NCBI GenBank assembly: GCA_963819655.1
Contig: CAWFXA010000003.1
Coordinates: forward strand, 320,001 to 384,000
DNA: 64,000 nucleotides
Origin: an uncultured Chloroflexia bacterium
GTDB taxonomy: Bacteria > Chloroflexota > Limnocylindria > Limnocylindrales > CSP1-4
Direction of reading: 5' to 3'
Part shown: positions 9,669 through 18,439 of the stretch, one piece after another
Layout of the letters: each line of letters starts with the position of its first letter
Numbering within the stretch: the first letter of the stretch is position 1
Notes under the pieces: generated by a model
Seen by the model: only the letters and a program-made list of their open reading frames with translations
Told to the model about the DNA's origin: nothing
Database searches by the model: none
Translations under genes and position numbers: made by a program

Positions 9669-10532
9669 CAGGGTCGAGCGGGCTCCGCCCCTCGGCGCCG
9701 TCCCAGGCGACGCGTTTGTCCCAGGACGAGCGACGCGACCCCGAAGAGTAGGAGCGTGGCCACCAGCATGATCGTGGCCACCGCGTTGATGTCCGGTGTC
9801 ACCCCGAACTTGACCTGAGTGTAGATGTAGGTCGGCAGCGTGGGCTGTGACCCGACCGTGAACCAGGTGATCACGAACTCGTCGATCGAGAGGGTCACGC
9901 TGATCAGGGCGCCGGCCAGGATCGCCGGCGCGATGAGGGGCAGGACGATGTGGCGGATGGCCTGTCGCGGGGAGGCGCCGAGATCGGCGGCCGCCCACTC
10001 GAGCGCACGGTCGAACCCATGTAAGCCGCGAGGCCACGATGAGCACGACGAACGGAACCGTGACCACGAGTTGGCCTGCGATCACGGTCAGGAGCGAGAG
10101 CTGCAGATCGGCGGCTCGCGCGAAGTAGATCAGCAGGGCAACGCCGATCAGCACGCCGGGCACCATGATCGGCAGGGTGAAGGCGATCCGGGTGGCGTTC
10201 GGATAACGGATCCCGCCCCGAACCAGCACGAATGCGGCCATCGTTCCGATGATCGTGGCCAGGACCGATACGACGGCTGCGACGGTGACCGTATTCCCCA
10301 CCGCCCGCAGGAGCTGGCGATTGTCGAGTAGCACCTCGTACCAGTGGAGGGTCAGGCCCGTGATCGGCAGCCCCGGCGTCCGGGACTCGTCGAATGAGAA
10401 CAGGATCATGAAAACGATCGGCAGGTAGAGGAAGACCATCAGGGCGCCGAAACAGACGCGAAACCCCCACCGCACCGCGCTCGCATATCGGCTGACGGGC
10501 ATCGTCTCGAGGGGATCGACCCGACTAGCCAC
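9668..10532 (-). pseudogene. ABC permease (PotC-like), +1 frameshift near 10022-10025 (possibly sequencing error)
   Basis: N-half FLYLPIV...ASRL in one frame; HGFDRALEWAAADLGASP...SIDEF (EAA loop) continues in the next frame. Confidence 0.8.
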
Positions 10533-11442
10533 GCGCGTACAGGTCCTCGACCCGGAGGTACTTGCGGAAGACGATCAGGAGCACCAGGACGAACGCGGCG
10601 ATCATGAAGCTCAGGGCCGCACCCTCCGGGATCAGGGCGTTCCCAAAGAAGTTCGTGATGAGATTGGCGATCAGGAGGCCCTGCGCTCCGCCGACCATGG
10701 TCGGCGTCAGGAACTCACCGAGGATCGGGATGAACACGAAGATGCAGGCGGTGATGATCCCGGGTCGGATCTGGGGCAGCAGGATGTGTCGGAACGCCCC
10801 GATCGGGCGCGCCCCGAGGTCCTGGGCAGCCGTCAGCTGGGTGAAGTCGAAGCGATCGAGGGCGGCGTAGAGGACCAGCGCGGCGAACGGGACGTAGACG
10901 TAGACCAGGACGATGAAGACGCTGACGTCGTTGTAAACGAACAGGAGCGAGGGCTCCGAGATCACCCCGATCGACATGAGCACCTGGTTGAGGGCGCCCC
11001 GCTCGCCGAGGATCGCCTGCCACGAGTAGACGCGCAGCAGGTAGCTCGTCCAGAAAGGCACGATGATCACGAGGAGCGCCAGCCGCGCCCAGCGCCGGGA
11101 GACGTAGCGGGCCAGGAAGTAGGCCACGGCGAAGGCGATCACCAGGCAGGCGATCGTGACCACGCCTCCCATCAGCATGGTCTTCAGGAGTGTCCGGACG
11201 TAGGCCGGGTTGCTGAAGAAATTGGCGTAGTTGTGGAAGCCCAGGGCCGGCACGACATCGAGGTTCTCGTCCGTCTTCCAGAACGAGAAGAAGAGCATCA
11301 ACGCGAGCGGGACGAAGAAGAGACCGACGAGGATCAGCCCGGCCGGCAGGAAGGGCGCCAGCCGCCGCAGCCTGGCCGCCCGACCGAGATCGACGTTCGT
11401 CGGCGAGGCCACGACGGCCCCGCCGACGACTTCCGCGGACAT
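10525..11442 (-). CDS. ABC transporter permease (PotB-like)
   Basis: PFWTSYLLRVYSW, AAQDLGARP EAA loop, multiple TM helices. Confidence 0.9.
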   Translation of the reverse strand: MSAEVVGGAVVASPTNVDLGRAARLRRLAPFLPAGLILVGLFFVPLALMLFFSFWKTDENLDVVPALGFHNYANFFSNPAYVRTLLKTMLMGGVVTIACLVIAFAVAYFLARYVSRRWARLALLVIIVPFWTSYLLRVYSWQAILGERGALNQVLMSIGVISEPSLLFVYNDVSVFIVLVYVYVPFAALVLYAALDRFDFTQLTAAQDLGARPIGAFRHILLPQIRPGIITACIFVFIPILGEFLTPTMVGGAQGLLIANLITNFFGNALIPEGAALSFMIAAFVLVLLIVFRKYLRVEDLYARG

Positions 11443-11451
11443 CAGCCGCGA

Positions 11452-12567
11452 CTAGGCTCCGAAGATCTCGTTGAAGAGCTGGATCGACGCCGCAGTCGAC
11501 GATCCCGGACCCTTCAGGACGGAGTTCGCGAGGGTCGCCTCCGCCTCGTTGTAGTGGTACCGGTCGGCTCGGTCCTTGTGACCCTGGTCGACGAGGAGCT
11601 TGTAGGCCGCTTCGTTGAACAGCGGTCGACCGTGAAGGATGAAGTTCTCAGCGATGTTCGCTGCGACGTCCGCCTTCTCGATGTACGGCTTGATCAGGGC
11701 CTTGTTCGCCCCCTCCTTGACGGTCATCTCGGCGTCCATCCAGGCGACGGTTCCCTCCTTCGGGATGTAGCCCATCACCTCGGGTCCACCGGCGTCCTTC
11801 ACCTGGTCCTCGGTCCCGGCGTTCCCGGTGATCAGATAGGCCTCCCCGCTGATGAGCGCCTGACGACTGTCGGTGGCCTGCTGCGCGAAGTGCAGGACGT
11901 TCGGCTTCAGCCTCTCGAGATAACCCTTGACCGTGCCAAGTTGATCAGCCGTCAGATCGTACGGCTTGTCGAAGCCCGCGGCTCTCGCCATGTAGGCGAC
12001 GATCTCCTCGGGCTGCTTCTCGACCACGACTCGGCCCTTGTACTTGGGGTCGAGCAGGGCCTCCCACGAGTCGGGGGCAGGGCTGACGAATTCTGGGTTG
12101 TAGTAGATGCTGATCGGCGACCAGGCGAACGGGTAGCCAAGGTAGCCCTCTGGGGTCGTCCAGATGTCGAACTCCCTCGCGAACGGGTAGAGCTCCTTGG
12201 CGACCTGAAGCTCGTTGATGTCGAACGGCTCGATGAGCCCCTCCTTGTGATAAGCGTCGGGCAGCCACAGGGCGTCGGCCGACACCATGTCGAGCTGGCC
12301 CTTTACCTCCTTGAGCTTGGCGAATCCTTCTGCGTTGCCGGACAGCTCGCTGATGTTTGCCGTGATCTTGTCGGAGGCCTCGATGGCCTTGAGGTGGGGG
12401 TCCATGTAATGGTCGCCCCAGGTCATCCAGTTGAACGTCCCGCCCTGCGCGGTCTGACCGACGACGTTGCACGCGGCTGTGATGCCGCCGAGTGACGCGG
12501 TGGCGCCGACGGCTGCCGACGCCTGCAGGAATTGCCGGCGCGACAGGCGGTAGTCGATCTCAGTCAT
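11452..12567 (-). CDS. ABC substrate-binding protein (PotD/PotF-like), Tat lipoprotein
   Basis: SRRQFLQ twin-arginine motif, ITAAC lipobox, PDSWEALLDPKYKG, PKEG; GGAGG RBS. Confidence 0.88.
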   Translation of the reverse strand: MTEIDYRLSRRQFLQASAAVGATASLGGITAACNVVGQTAQGGTFNWMTWGDHYMDPHLKAIEASDKITANISELSGNAEGFAKLKEVKGQLDMVSADALWLPDAYHKEGLIEPFDINELQVAKELYPFAREFDIWTTPEGYLGYPFAWSPISIYYNPEFVSPAPDSWEALLDPKYKGRVVVEKQPEEIVAYMARAAGFDKPYDLTADQLGTVKGYLERLKPNVLHFAQQATDSRQALISGEAYLITGNAGTEDQVKDAGGPEVMGYIPKEGTVAWMDAEMTVKEGANKALIKPYIEKADVAANIAENFILHGRPLFNEAAYKLLVDQGHKDRADRYHYNEAEATLANSVLKGPGSSTAASIQLFNEIFGA

Positions 12568-13717
12568 GTTCCAAACCTCCTCCAGAATCCTCGCTCGACC
12601 CGGGCTGGTCGCCGGCCGACACGACCGTTGACTCGCGCGGATCCCACCAAACGTGTACCTCTCGATCCAACATGCCCTCCTCGACAGCCTGCTCGTCCGA
12701 CTCGCCATGGAAACGAAGGGCGACGAGGATCCCGGCGTCGGTCTGGACCGTGATCCTGGTGTGATTGCCCATGAACGCGACGTTGGTCGCGCGGCCGCCG
12801 ATCACGACCGCCGGTGTCGAGCCGGCTGGCGCCTCATCCCCGACCCCGAGGGACTCGGGCCGAATCATCAGCGCCAGGCGACCGTTCCGGCTGCCCGTGG
12901 CGTCGATCGGTGCCGGGACGAGCGTCCCGTCGCGTAACTGGAAGCGGGCGCCGGCGCCCTCGTCGGCAAGGAGGCCGTCGAGGAAGTTCGATTCGCCGAT
13001 GAAGTCGGCGACGAACCGGTCGACCGGGCGCTGGTAGATCTCGCGCGGCGAACCGAGCTGGCGCACCCGGCCGCCGGACATGACGGCGACCCGCGTCGCC
13101 ATCGATAGGGCCTCTTCCTGGTCGTGGGTGACGAAGACGAACGTCGTGCCGACCTGGCGATGGATCCGTGCCAGCTCGACCTGCATCTGCTTGCGCAGTT
13201 TGAGATCGAGCGCTCCGAGTGGCTCGTCGAGGAGCAGCACGGCTGGTCGCTTTGCGAGTGCGCGGGCGAGCGCAACCCGCTGGGCCTGGCCGCCTGACAG
13301 CTGGCCCGGATACCGGTCGCGGTACTCGGCCAGGCCCACCAGCTCGAGATACTCCGCGACACGCCCACGGACCTCGCCGCCTTCCAGGCCCTCCATCCGC
13401 AGACCGAACGCGACGTTGTCGGCGACGGACATGTGCGGGAAGAGCGCGTAGTTCTGGAAGACGGTGTTCACGTTGCGCTGGTGGGGGGGCAGGTCGTTGA
13501 CCCGCCTCCCTTCGATGCGTAGCTCGCCCGACGTCAGCGGGATGAACCCGCCGATCAGGTTGAGCGTCGTCGTCTTGCCGCATCCGGACGGCCCGAGCAG
13601 GCAGAAGAACTCGCCCAATTCGATGCGCAGCGAGATCCCATCGAGTGCCACGGCATCGCCATAGCGCTTCGTGACGTCCACGAGCTCGATCGCCGGGGTG
13701 ACCTCGGGGCTCGTCAT
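12560..13717 (-). CDS. ABC transporter ATP-binding protein (PotA-like)
   Basis: GPSGCGKTT, LSGGQ, LLLDEP, HDQEEA, C-terminal TOBE-like region. Confidence 0.93.
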   Translation of the reverse strand: MTSPEVTPAIELVDVTKRYGDAVALDGISLRIELGEFFCLLGPSGCGKTTTLNLIGGFIPLTSGELRIEGRRVNDLPPHQRNVNTVFQNYALFPHMSVADNVAFGLRMEGLEGGEVRGRVAEYLELVGLAEYRDRYPGQLSGGQAQRVALARALAKRPAVLLLDEPLGALDLKLRKQMQVELARIHRQVGTTFVFVTHDQEEALSMATRVAVMSGGRVRQLGSPREIYQRPVDRFVADFIGESNFLDGLLADEGAGARFQLRDGTLVPAPIDATGSRNGRLALMIRPESLGVGDEAPAGSTPAVVIGGRATNVAFMGNHTRITVQTDAGILVALRFHGESDEQAVEEGMLDREVHVWWDPRESTVVSAGDQPGSSEDSGGGLEHD

Positions 13718-14799
13718 GATCCGGTTGCCCGCCGGGCGGAGACGACTTCGGGCCTCGCCCGGCCACCGAGGCGCGTGGTGCGTGGCGGCGTGCTGTCCCC
13801 GACTACCAGGCGCACCGGCAGGACCTCAGAGACCGGCATGCGCCCGTCGCGCATCGACGCGACCAGCATCTCGACCGCGCGCCGACCGACTTCGACGGAC
13901 GGGACGTCGACCGTCGTCAGCCGAGGCCACGACTGGTGCGCGGCGGGGATGCCGTCGAACCCCGCCAGGGCCATGTCGCCCGGAACCTCCAGCCGTGTCG
14001 AGCGCAGCGCATCGAGCAACGCGAGCGCCAGCTTGTCGTCATAGCAGAGGAGGGCATCCGGCGGATCGGCGGCCAGGATCCGGGCGACGGACGTCGCATC
14101 CCGCCATCCATCTGCACCGGCATCGAGGAAGCCCATCGGTGCGAGTGACAGCTCCTGCAAGGCTGTCGCGGCCGCCGCTCGGCGCATCGAATCCGAGGCA
14201 CCGCTACCCGGACCGACGAAGGTGATCCGGCGGTAGCCCCGCTCGACGAGATGACGGACCGTGGCGACAAAGCCCGCGCTGTCGTCGGTCCGGACGACTC
14301 CGCGTGCCGGGGGTTCGACGCCGTCCGCGAGGGCCGGATAATCCGGTTGGACGAAGACCACGCGATCGGCTGGGACGCGGGCGAGCACATCGGCGGGATC
14401 GCTCACGCACGACGCGACCGCGACGCCGTCGGCACGGTGTTCGACGAACGCTGTGAGGGCGCGCTCCTCGCGCTCCAGGTCGTGCAGCCCGGTCATGATG
14501 AAGACTGCATATCCCTGGGCGGCGGCGGCTTCCTCGAAACCCGCGGCGACCTTGCCATGGACGGGGTCGGCGAGGTCGTCGAGGAGCAGGCCGAGGATGT
14601 GTGTCCGGCGGGCGCGCAGGCTGCGCGCCGCGGCGTTCGGGACGTAGCCGAGCTTGAGTGCAGCGGCGCGAACCGTCGCACGCGTCGCCTCGCCGATCCG
14701 GGGGTCGTCCTTCAGCGCGCGCGACGCCGTCGCCTCGGACGTCCCGGCGCTCCGGGCGACGTCGGCGAGAACGACCCGTCGTTCAGGGGTTCGGCGCAT
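13714..14799 (-). CDS. LacI family transcriptional regulator
   Basis: LADVARSAGTSEATASRAL HTH, YVPNAAARSL, LTTVDVP. Confidence 0.92.
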   Translation of the reverse strand: MRRTPERRVVLADVARSAGTSEATASRALKDDPRIGEATRATVRAAALKLGYVPNAAARSLRARRTHILGLLLDDLADPVHGKVAAGFEEAAAAQGYAVFIMTGLHDLEREERALTAFVEHRADGVAVASCVSDPADVLARVPADRVVFVQPDYPALADGVEPPARGVVRTDDSAGFVATVRHLVERGYRRITFVGPGSGASDSMRRAAAATALQELSLAPMGFLDAGADGWRDATSVARILAADPPDALLCYDDKLALALLDALRSTRLEVPGDMALAGFDGIPAAHQSWPRLTTVDVPSVEVGRRAVEMLVASMRDGRMPVSEVLPVRLVVGDSTPPRTTRLGGRARPEVVSARRATGS

Positions 14800-14922
14800 C
14801 AGGCTCGTCTAGACGGGCCGTTGCGGCCGAATGAGGATGATCCCATCGGCTCTCCCGCCGGATGGGCCAGCACAGGCACCCAAAGACCGATGCCCCTCCG
14901 CTTCCGCGATGCATCCGGTGGC

Positions 14923-14971
14923 TTGTGCAATCGGTTGCGCGGAAGCTAGCATACCGATGCGAGAGGGTCAA
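14923..14971. promoter_or_regulatory. Overlapping divergent sigma70 promoters with LacI-family operator
   Basis: Minus TTGACC(14971)-17-TAGCTT; plus TTGTGC(14923)-18-TAGCAT; operator TGCAATCGGTTGCG at 14926-14939. Confidence 0.7.
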
Positions 14972-15039
14972 CGCACGTTGTCGCGGGAGGGTTGAAGCGG
15001 CGTGGCAGGGCCAAGAAGACGGACCGCCGGCCCGCGTCG

Positions 15040-17640
15040 ATGACGCCGCCACGGGCGACCGATCTCGCGACACCGGTGGACCTGCGGCACCATCGGAACG
15101 TCACCCCGGACGAGCTCGCATCCCGGTTCCATCCCGGCTACCGCGAGGCCATCCTGCGGCTGCCGACCGGACGGCGCGTCTACCGTGGGCTCCCGTTCCA
15201 GTTCGCCCGCACGACGGCGGCACGCACGACGACCAGAAACCGTTGGCTCCTGCTCGACCGCGAGCTCGACGTGGACCTGCGGGGCGTCGGATCGGTCACC
15301 CATCTCGTCCTTGCCCAGTTCTGCGACGCGTGGCGCGATCCGCTCGACGGCCGGCCGCCGGACCTGCCGATCGGCTGGGTCACGCCGGTCGGGCAACAGC
15401 TGGTTCGGTATGCGCTCGAGCAGGCCTCCGGACGGATGATCGAGGGTGTCATGCGGCGGCGGTTCGAGCTGAACGAGGGCATCGTCGGGTGGGGGCAGGG
15501 CGCCTTCGCCGCGGTGCCGCATCACGTCGACACGCCGCTCGACTGGCGCGGTCCGTACCCGGCCGCTGCACCCGGCGGGTATGCCGCGCCCGGCCATGCG
15601 GGTCTGCTCGGGATCCTGCCGGGCAGCTGGGGCCCGGCCCAGACCGGCGTGTCTGATTCGGTGCCGAGCCCGACCGGCGACATCGCCCTGTGGCTCCACG
15701 TGATCGAGATCCTGGACGGTCCGTCCGACCTCGCCCGGCTGCGCCTCGAGCCGCTCGCGCCGCTCGCGGCTGGAGGTGGTGTCGTCGTCGCAGCCATCAC
15801 GGCTTTCCGCGGGACCGCGTCGCCGCTGGCCCTGGAGCCACGGCGGACCCTCCGGTTGGAGGACGACGCGGGCGTCCGGTCGGTGGCCGTTGACCTCGGC
15901 CAGGTGTTCCGGGAGCGTCCGGCTCCAGCCACGGTCACGGCACGAAGCGACGTCACGCCGGCGATCGTCGGGTGGGGGACCCCGCGGATCGACGTGGACC
16001 CGACTGGCGGTGTGCTCGTCGACCTGGCGATGGCGGCGGACGCGACGATCGACGTGGGAGGGGAACGCGTCTCGGCGGCGCGGCTGCCGGCAGATGGCGA
16101 CCGGCGCCAGTTCGGCGCCGTCACGATCGAATCCCTGCCGGCACGGACCCGCCGTGTCGACGTCGAGATCGTCGATGCCCGGACCGGCGAACCGGTCCCG
16201 GCGCGTGTCCGCTTCGAGGCGGCGGACGGGCGCTACCTCCAGCCGCTCGGACACCGAGACGAGATCAACCCAGGTCTCAACGAGGACACCGGCGCGGACC
16301 TTGTGCTCGGCGCCGCGACCTACGCGTATGTCCCCGGACGCTTCCCGATCGAGTTGCCGGTCGGTGAGGTGCAGGTGGAGGTGGTCCGTGGCTTCGGCTA
16401 CCGCCCGCTCCGGCTATCGATCGATATCGACGGTGGTCGGGCACCGCTTGTCCTGCCGCTCGAGCCGGTCGCCGGGCCGGCCGGCACCGGCTGGATCGCC
16501 GTCGACTGCCACGTCCATTTCATCTCACCCACCTCGGCGCTCCTCCAGGCGCGGGCCGAGGGCGTGGCCATCGTCAACCTGCTGGCGACGCAATGGGGAG
16601 ACCACCACACGAGCATCGCCGACCTGCCGGCCGCCGTCGTCGCCGATCCATCCGGCGAGCACATGGTGGTGATGGGCAGCGAGAACCGCCAGAACATGCT
16701 CGGCCACATCGGCCTCCTCGGCGCGTCCGATGCCGTGCTGCCGATGGCGAGCGCCGGCGCCCCGGAAGCGCGCCTGGGCGACCCTCTGGATCGGCTGATG
16801 GGCGACTGGGCCGACGCTGCCCGTGACCAGGGCGGTCTGGCGGTCGCCGTCCATTTCCCGCTGCCCTATGCGGAGATCGCCGCGGACATCGTGTCGGGCA
16901 AGATCGACGCCGTCGAGATGCAGGCGCTCACGCCCGACATCGATGGTCCGTCGATCCGCGAGTGGTACCGCTTCCTCAACTGCGGCTACCGGCTGCCCGT
17001 GGTCGGCGGCACGGACAAGATGTCGGCCGAGATCCCCCTCGGCGCGATCCGGACGTACGCGCGCATCGACCACGAGGCGCCCATCTCGTTCGGCGCGTGG
17101 GCGGACGCGGTCCGGGCCGGCCGGACGTTCGTGTCGTCCGGGACGTTCGTGGACCTGCAGGTCGAAGGCTGCGGGCCGGGCGACGTCATCCGCCTGGGGC
17201 GTGACGGCGGGACCGTCGAGGTGCGGGCGGTCGCATCCGCCGCGCAACCCGTCATCGATCGGCTCGAGCTCATCCACGACGGCGCCGTCGTGGCGGTCGC
17301 GACGGGGGGCGGTGTCGAGCGCGTGACCCTTTCCGAGCGGGTCTCGGTCTCGACGGGCGGATGGCTGGCTGCCCGCGTCACGAGCCGCGAGCAGATCCAC
17401 TCGGGCTTCTCTACGAGCATGGGCGCCCACAGCTCCCCGGTCTACGTGGAGGTCCCAGGCCACCCGGCATTCGTGGCCGATGACGCTGCGGTCATCGGCA
17501 CGATCATCGACGGCGCCCGAACGTGGATCGAGACGATCGCGTCGGTCCGTTCGCCGGAGGAGCGGGCACGGCTTGCCTCCTACCTCACGGCGAGCCGGGC
17601 GACCCTGGACGACCTCATCCGCGACCGCTCGCGCGGCTGA
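15040..17640 (+). CDS. CehA/McbA-like metallohydrolase (PHP-like C-terminal domain)
   Basis: DCHVH, WYRFLNCGYRLPVVGGTD, AVRAGRTFVSSG, AHSSPVYV; start may be TTG 14992. Confidence 0.72.
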   Translation: MTPPRATDLATPVDLRHHRNVTPDELASRFHPGYREAILRLPTGRRVYRGLPFQFARTTAARTTTRNRWLLLDRELDVDLRGVGSVTHLVLAQFCDAWRDPLDGRPPDLPIGWVTPVGQQLVRYALEQASGRMIEGVMRRRFELNEGIVGWGQGAFAAVPHHVDTPLDWRGPYPAAAPGGYAAPGHAGLLGILPGSWGPAQTGVSDSVPSPTGDIALWLHVIEILDGPSDLARLRLEPLAPLAAGGGVVVAAITAFRGTASPLALEPRRTLRLEDDAGVRSVAVDLGQVFRERPAPATVTARSDVTPAIVGWGTPRIDVDPTGGVLVDLAMAADATIDVGGERVSAARLPADGDRRQFGAVTIESLPARTRRVDVEIVDARTGEPVPARVRFEAADGRYLQPLGHRDEINPGLNEDTGADLVLGAATYAYVPGRFPIELPVGEVQVEVVRGFGYRPLRLSIDIDGGRAPLVLPLEPVAGPAGTGWIAVDCHVHFISPTSALLQARAEGVAIVNLLATQWGDHHTSIADLPAAVVADPSGEHMVVMGSENRQNMLGHIGLLGASDAVLPMASAGAPEARLGDPLDRLMGDWADAARDQGGLAVAVHFPLPYAEIAADIVSGKIDAVEMQALTPDIDGPSIREWYRFLNCGYRLPVVGGTDKMSAEIPLGAIRTYARIDHEAPISFGAWADAVRAGRTFVSSGTFVDLQVEGCGPGDVIRLGRDGGTVEVRAVASAAQPVIDRLELIHDGAVVAVATGGGVERVTLSERVSVSTGGWLAARVTSREQIHSGFSTSMGAHSSPVYVEVPGHPAFVADDAAVIGTIIDGARTWIETIASVRSPEERARLASYLTASRATLDDLIRDRSRG

Positions 17641-17648
17641 GGCCCGGG

Positions 17649-18434
17649 CTACTCGATCGTCGTGATCTTCTCGAACGGCTGGCCGAGCGCCTCCGGCCCG
17701 ATCGTCGAGTAGCCGCCGTCGACCAGCAGCTCGGCCCCGGTCACGAACGACGCGCGATCCGACAGCAGGAACGCGACGGCGTGGGCGACCTCCTCGGGAT
17801 CGGCCATCCGACCGAGGGGCTGGAACTCCGCGGCCAGCGCGTCGGCCCGTTCGCGGGTGCCGTACCGCCGCTCGATGTTGCGGCTCCACATCCAGCCCGG
17901 TGAGACCGCATTGACGCGGATCCGGCGCGGTGCGAGGTGATGCGCCGAGCTCTTGACGAGCATCAGCAGCGCCGCCTTCGAGACGTTGTAGACGACGCGT
18001 GCCGGCTGCGAGACGTGGCCGCTGATCGACGCGACATGAACGATCGCGCCGCCTGCCGGCATCGCAGCGGCAGCCTTGGTCGTCAGCATCGCGGCCGACG
18101 CGACGTTGACGTCGAGCACGCGATCCCAGAGCTCGCGGCTGCTGCCGAGCCGCTCATCCTCGAACTCGGCGGTCGCGCCGACGACGCCGTCGAGCCGGCC
18201 GTGAGCGTCGACCGCGGTCGCGATCAGGCGATCGAGGTCGGCATCCTTCGACACGTCGGTTTCGACGAAGCGGGCCGCGTCCCCGAGCCGCCGCGCGACG
18301 GCCTTGCCGTGCTCCGCATCGCGGTCGGCCAGGACCACGCTGGCGCCCTCACCGACGAGGATCGATCCCATCGCCTCGCCGACGAACGACGCGGATGCCG
18401 TGATGACGACGACCTTGCCGTCGAACGCACCCAC
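17649..18434 (-). CDS. SDR family oxidoreductase
   Basis: YNVSK catalytic motif, RVNAVSPG, VTGAELLVDGG; degenerate Rossmann TASASFVG. Confidence 0.88.
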   Translation of the reverse strand: MGAFDGKVVVITASASFVGEAMGSILVGEGASVVLADRDAEHGKAVARRLGDAARFVETDVSKDADLDRLIATAVDAHGRLDGVVGATAEFEDERLGSSRELWDRVLDVNVASAAMLTTKAAAAMPAGGAIVHVASISGHVSQPARVVYNVSKAALLMLVKSSAHHLAPRRIRVNAVSPGWMWSRNIERRYGTRERADALAAEFQPLGRMADPEEVAHAVAFLLSDRASFVTGAELLVDGGYSTIGPEALGQPFEKITTIE

Positions 18435-18439
18435 GGGTG

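Noticed and set aside
8646-10532. 628-aa permease-ADH fusion ORF
   Set aside because: Artefact of the +1 frameshift near 10023; the ADH has its own ATG overlapping the true permease stop
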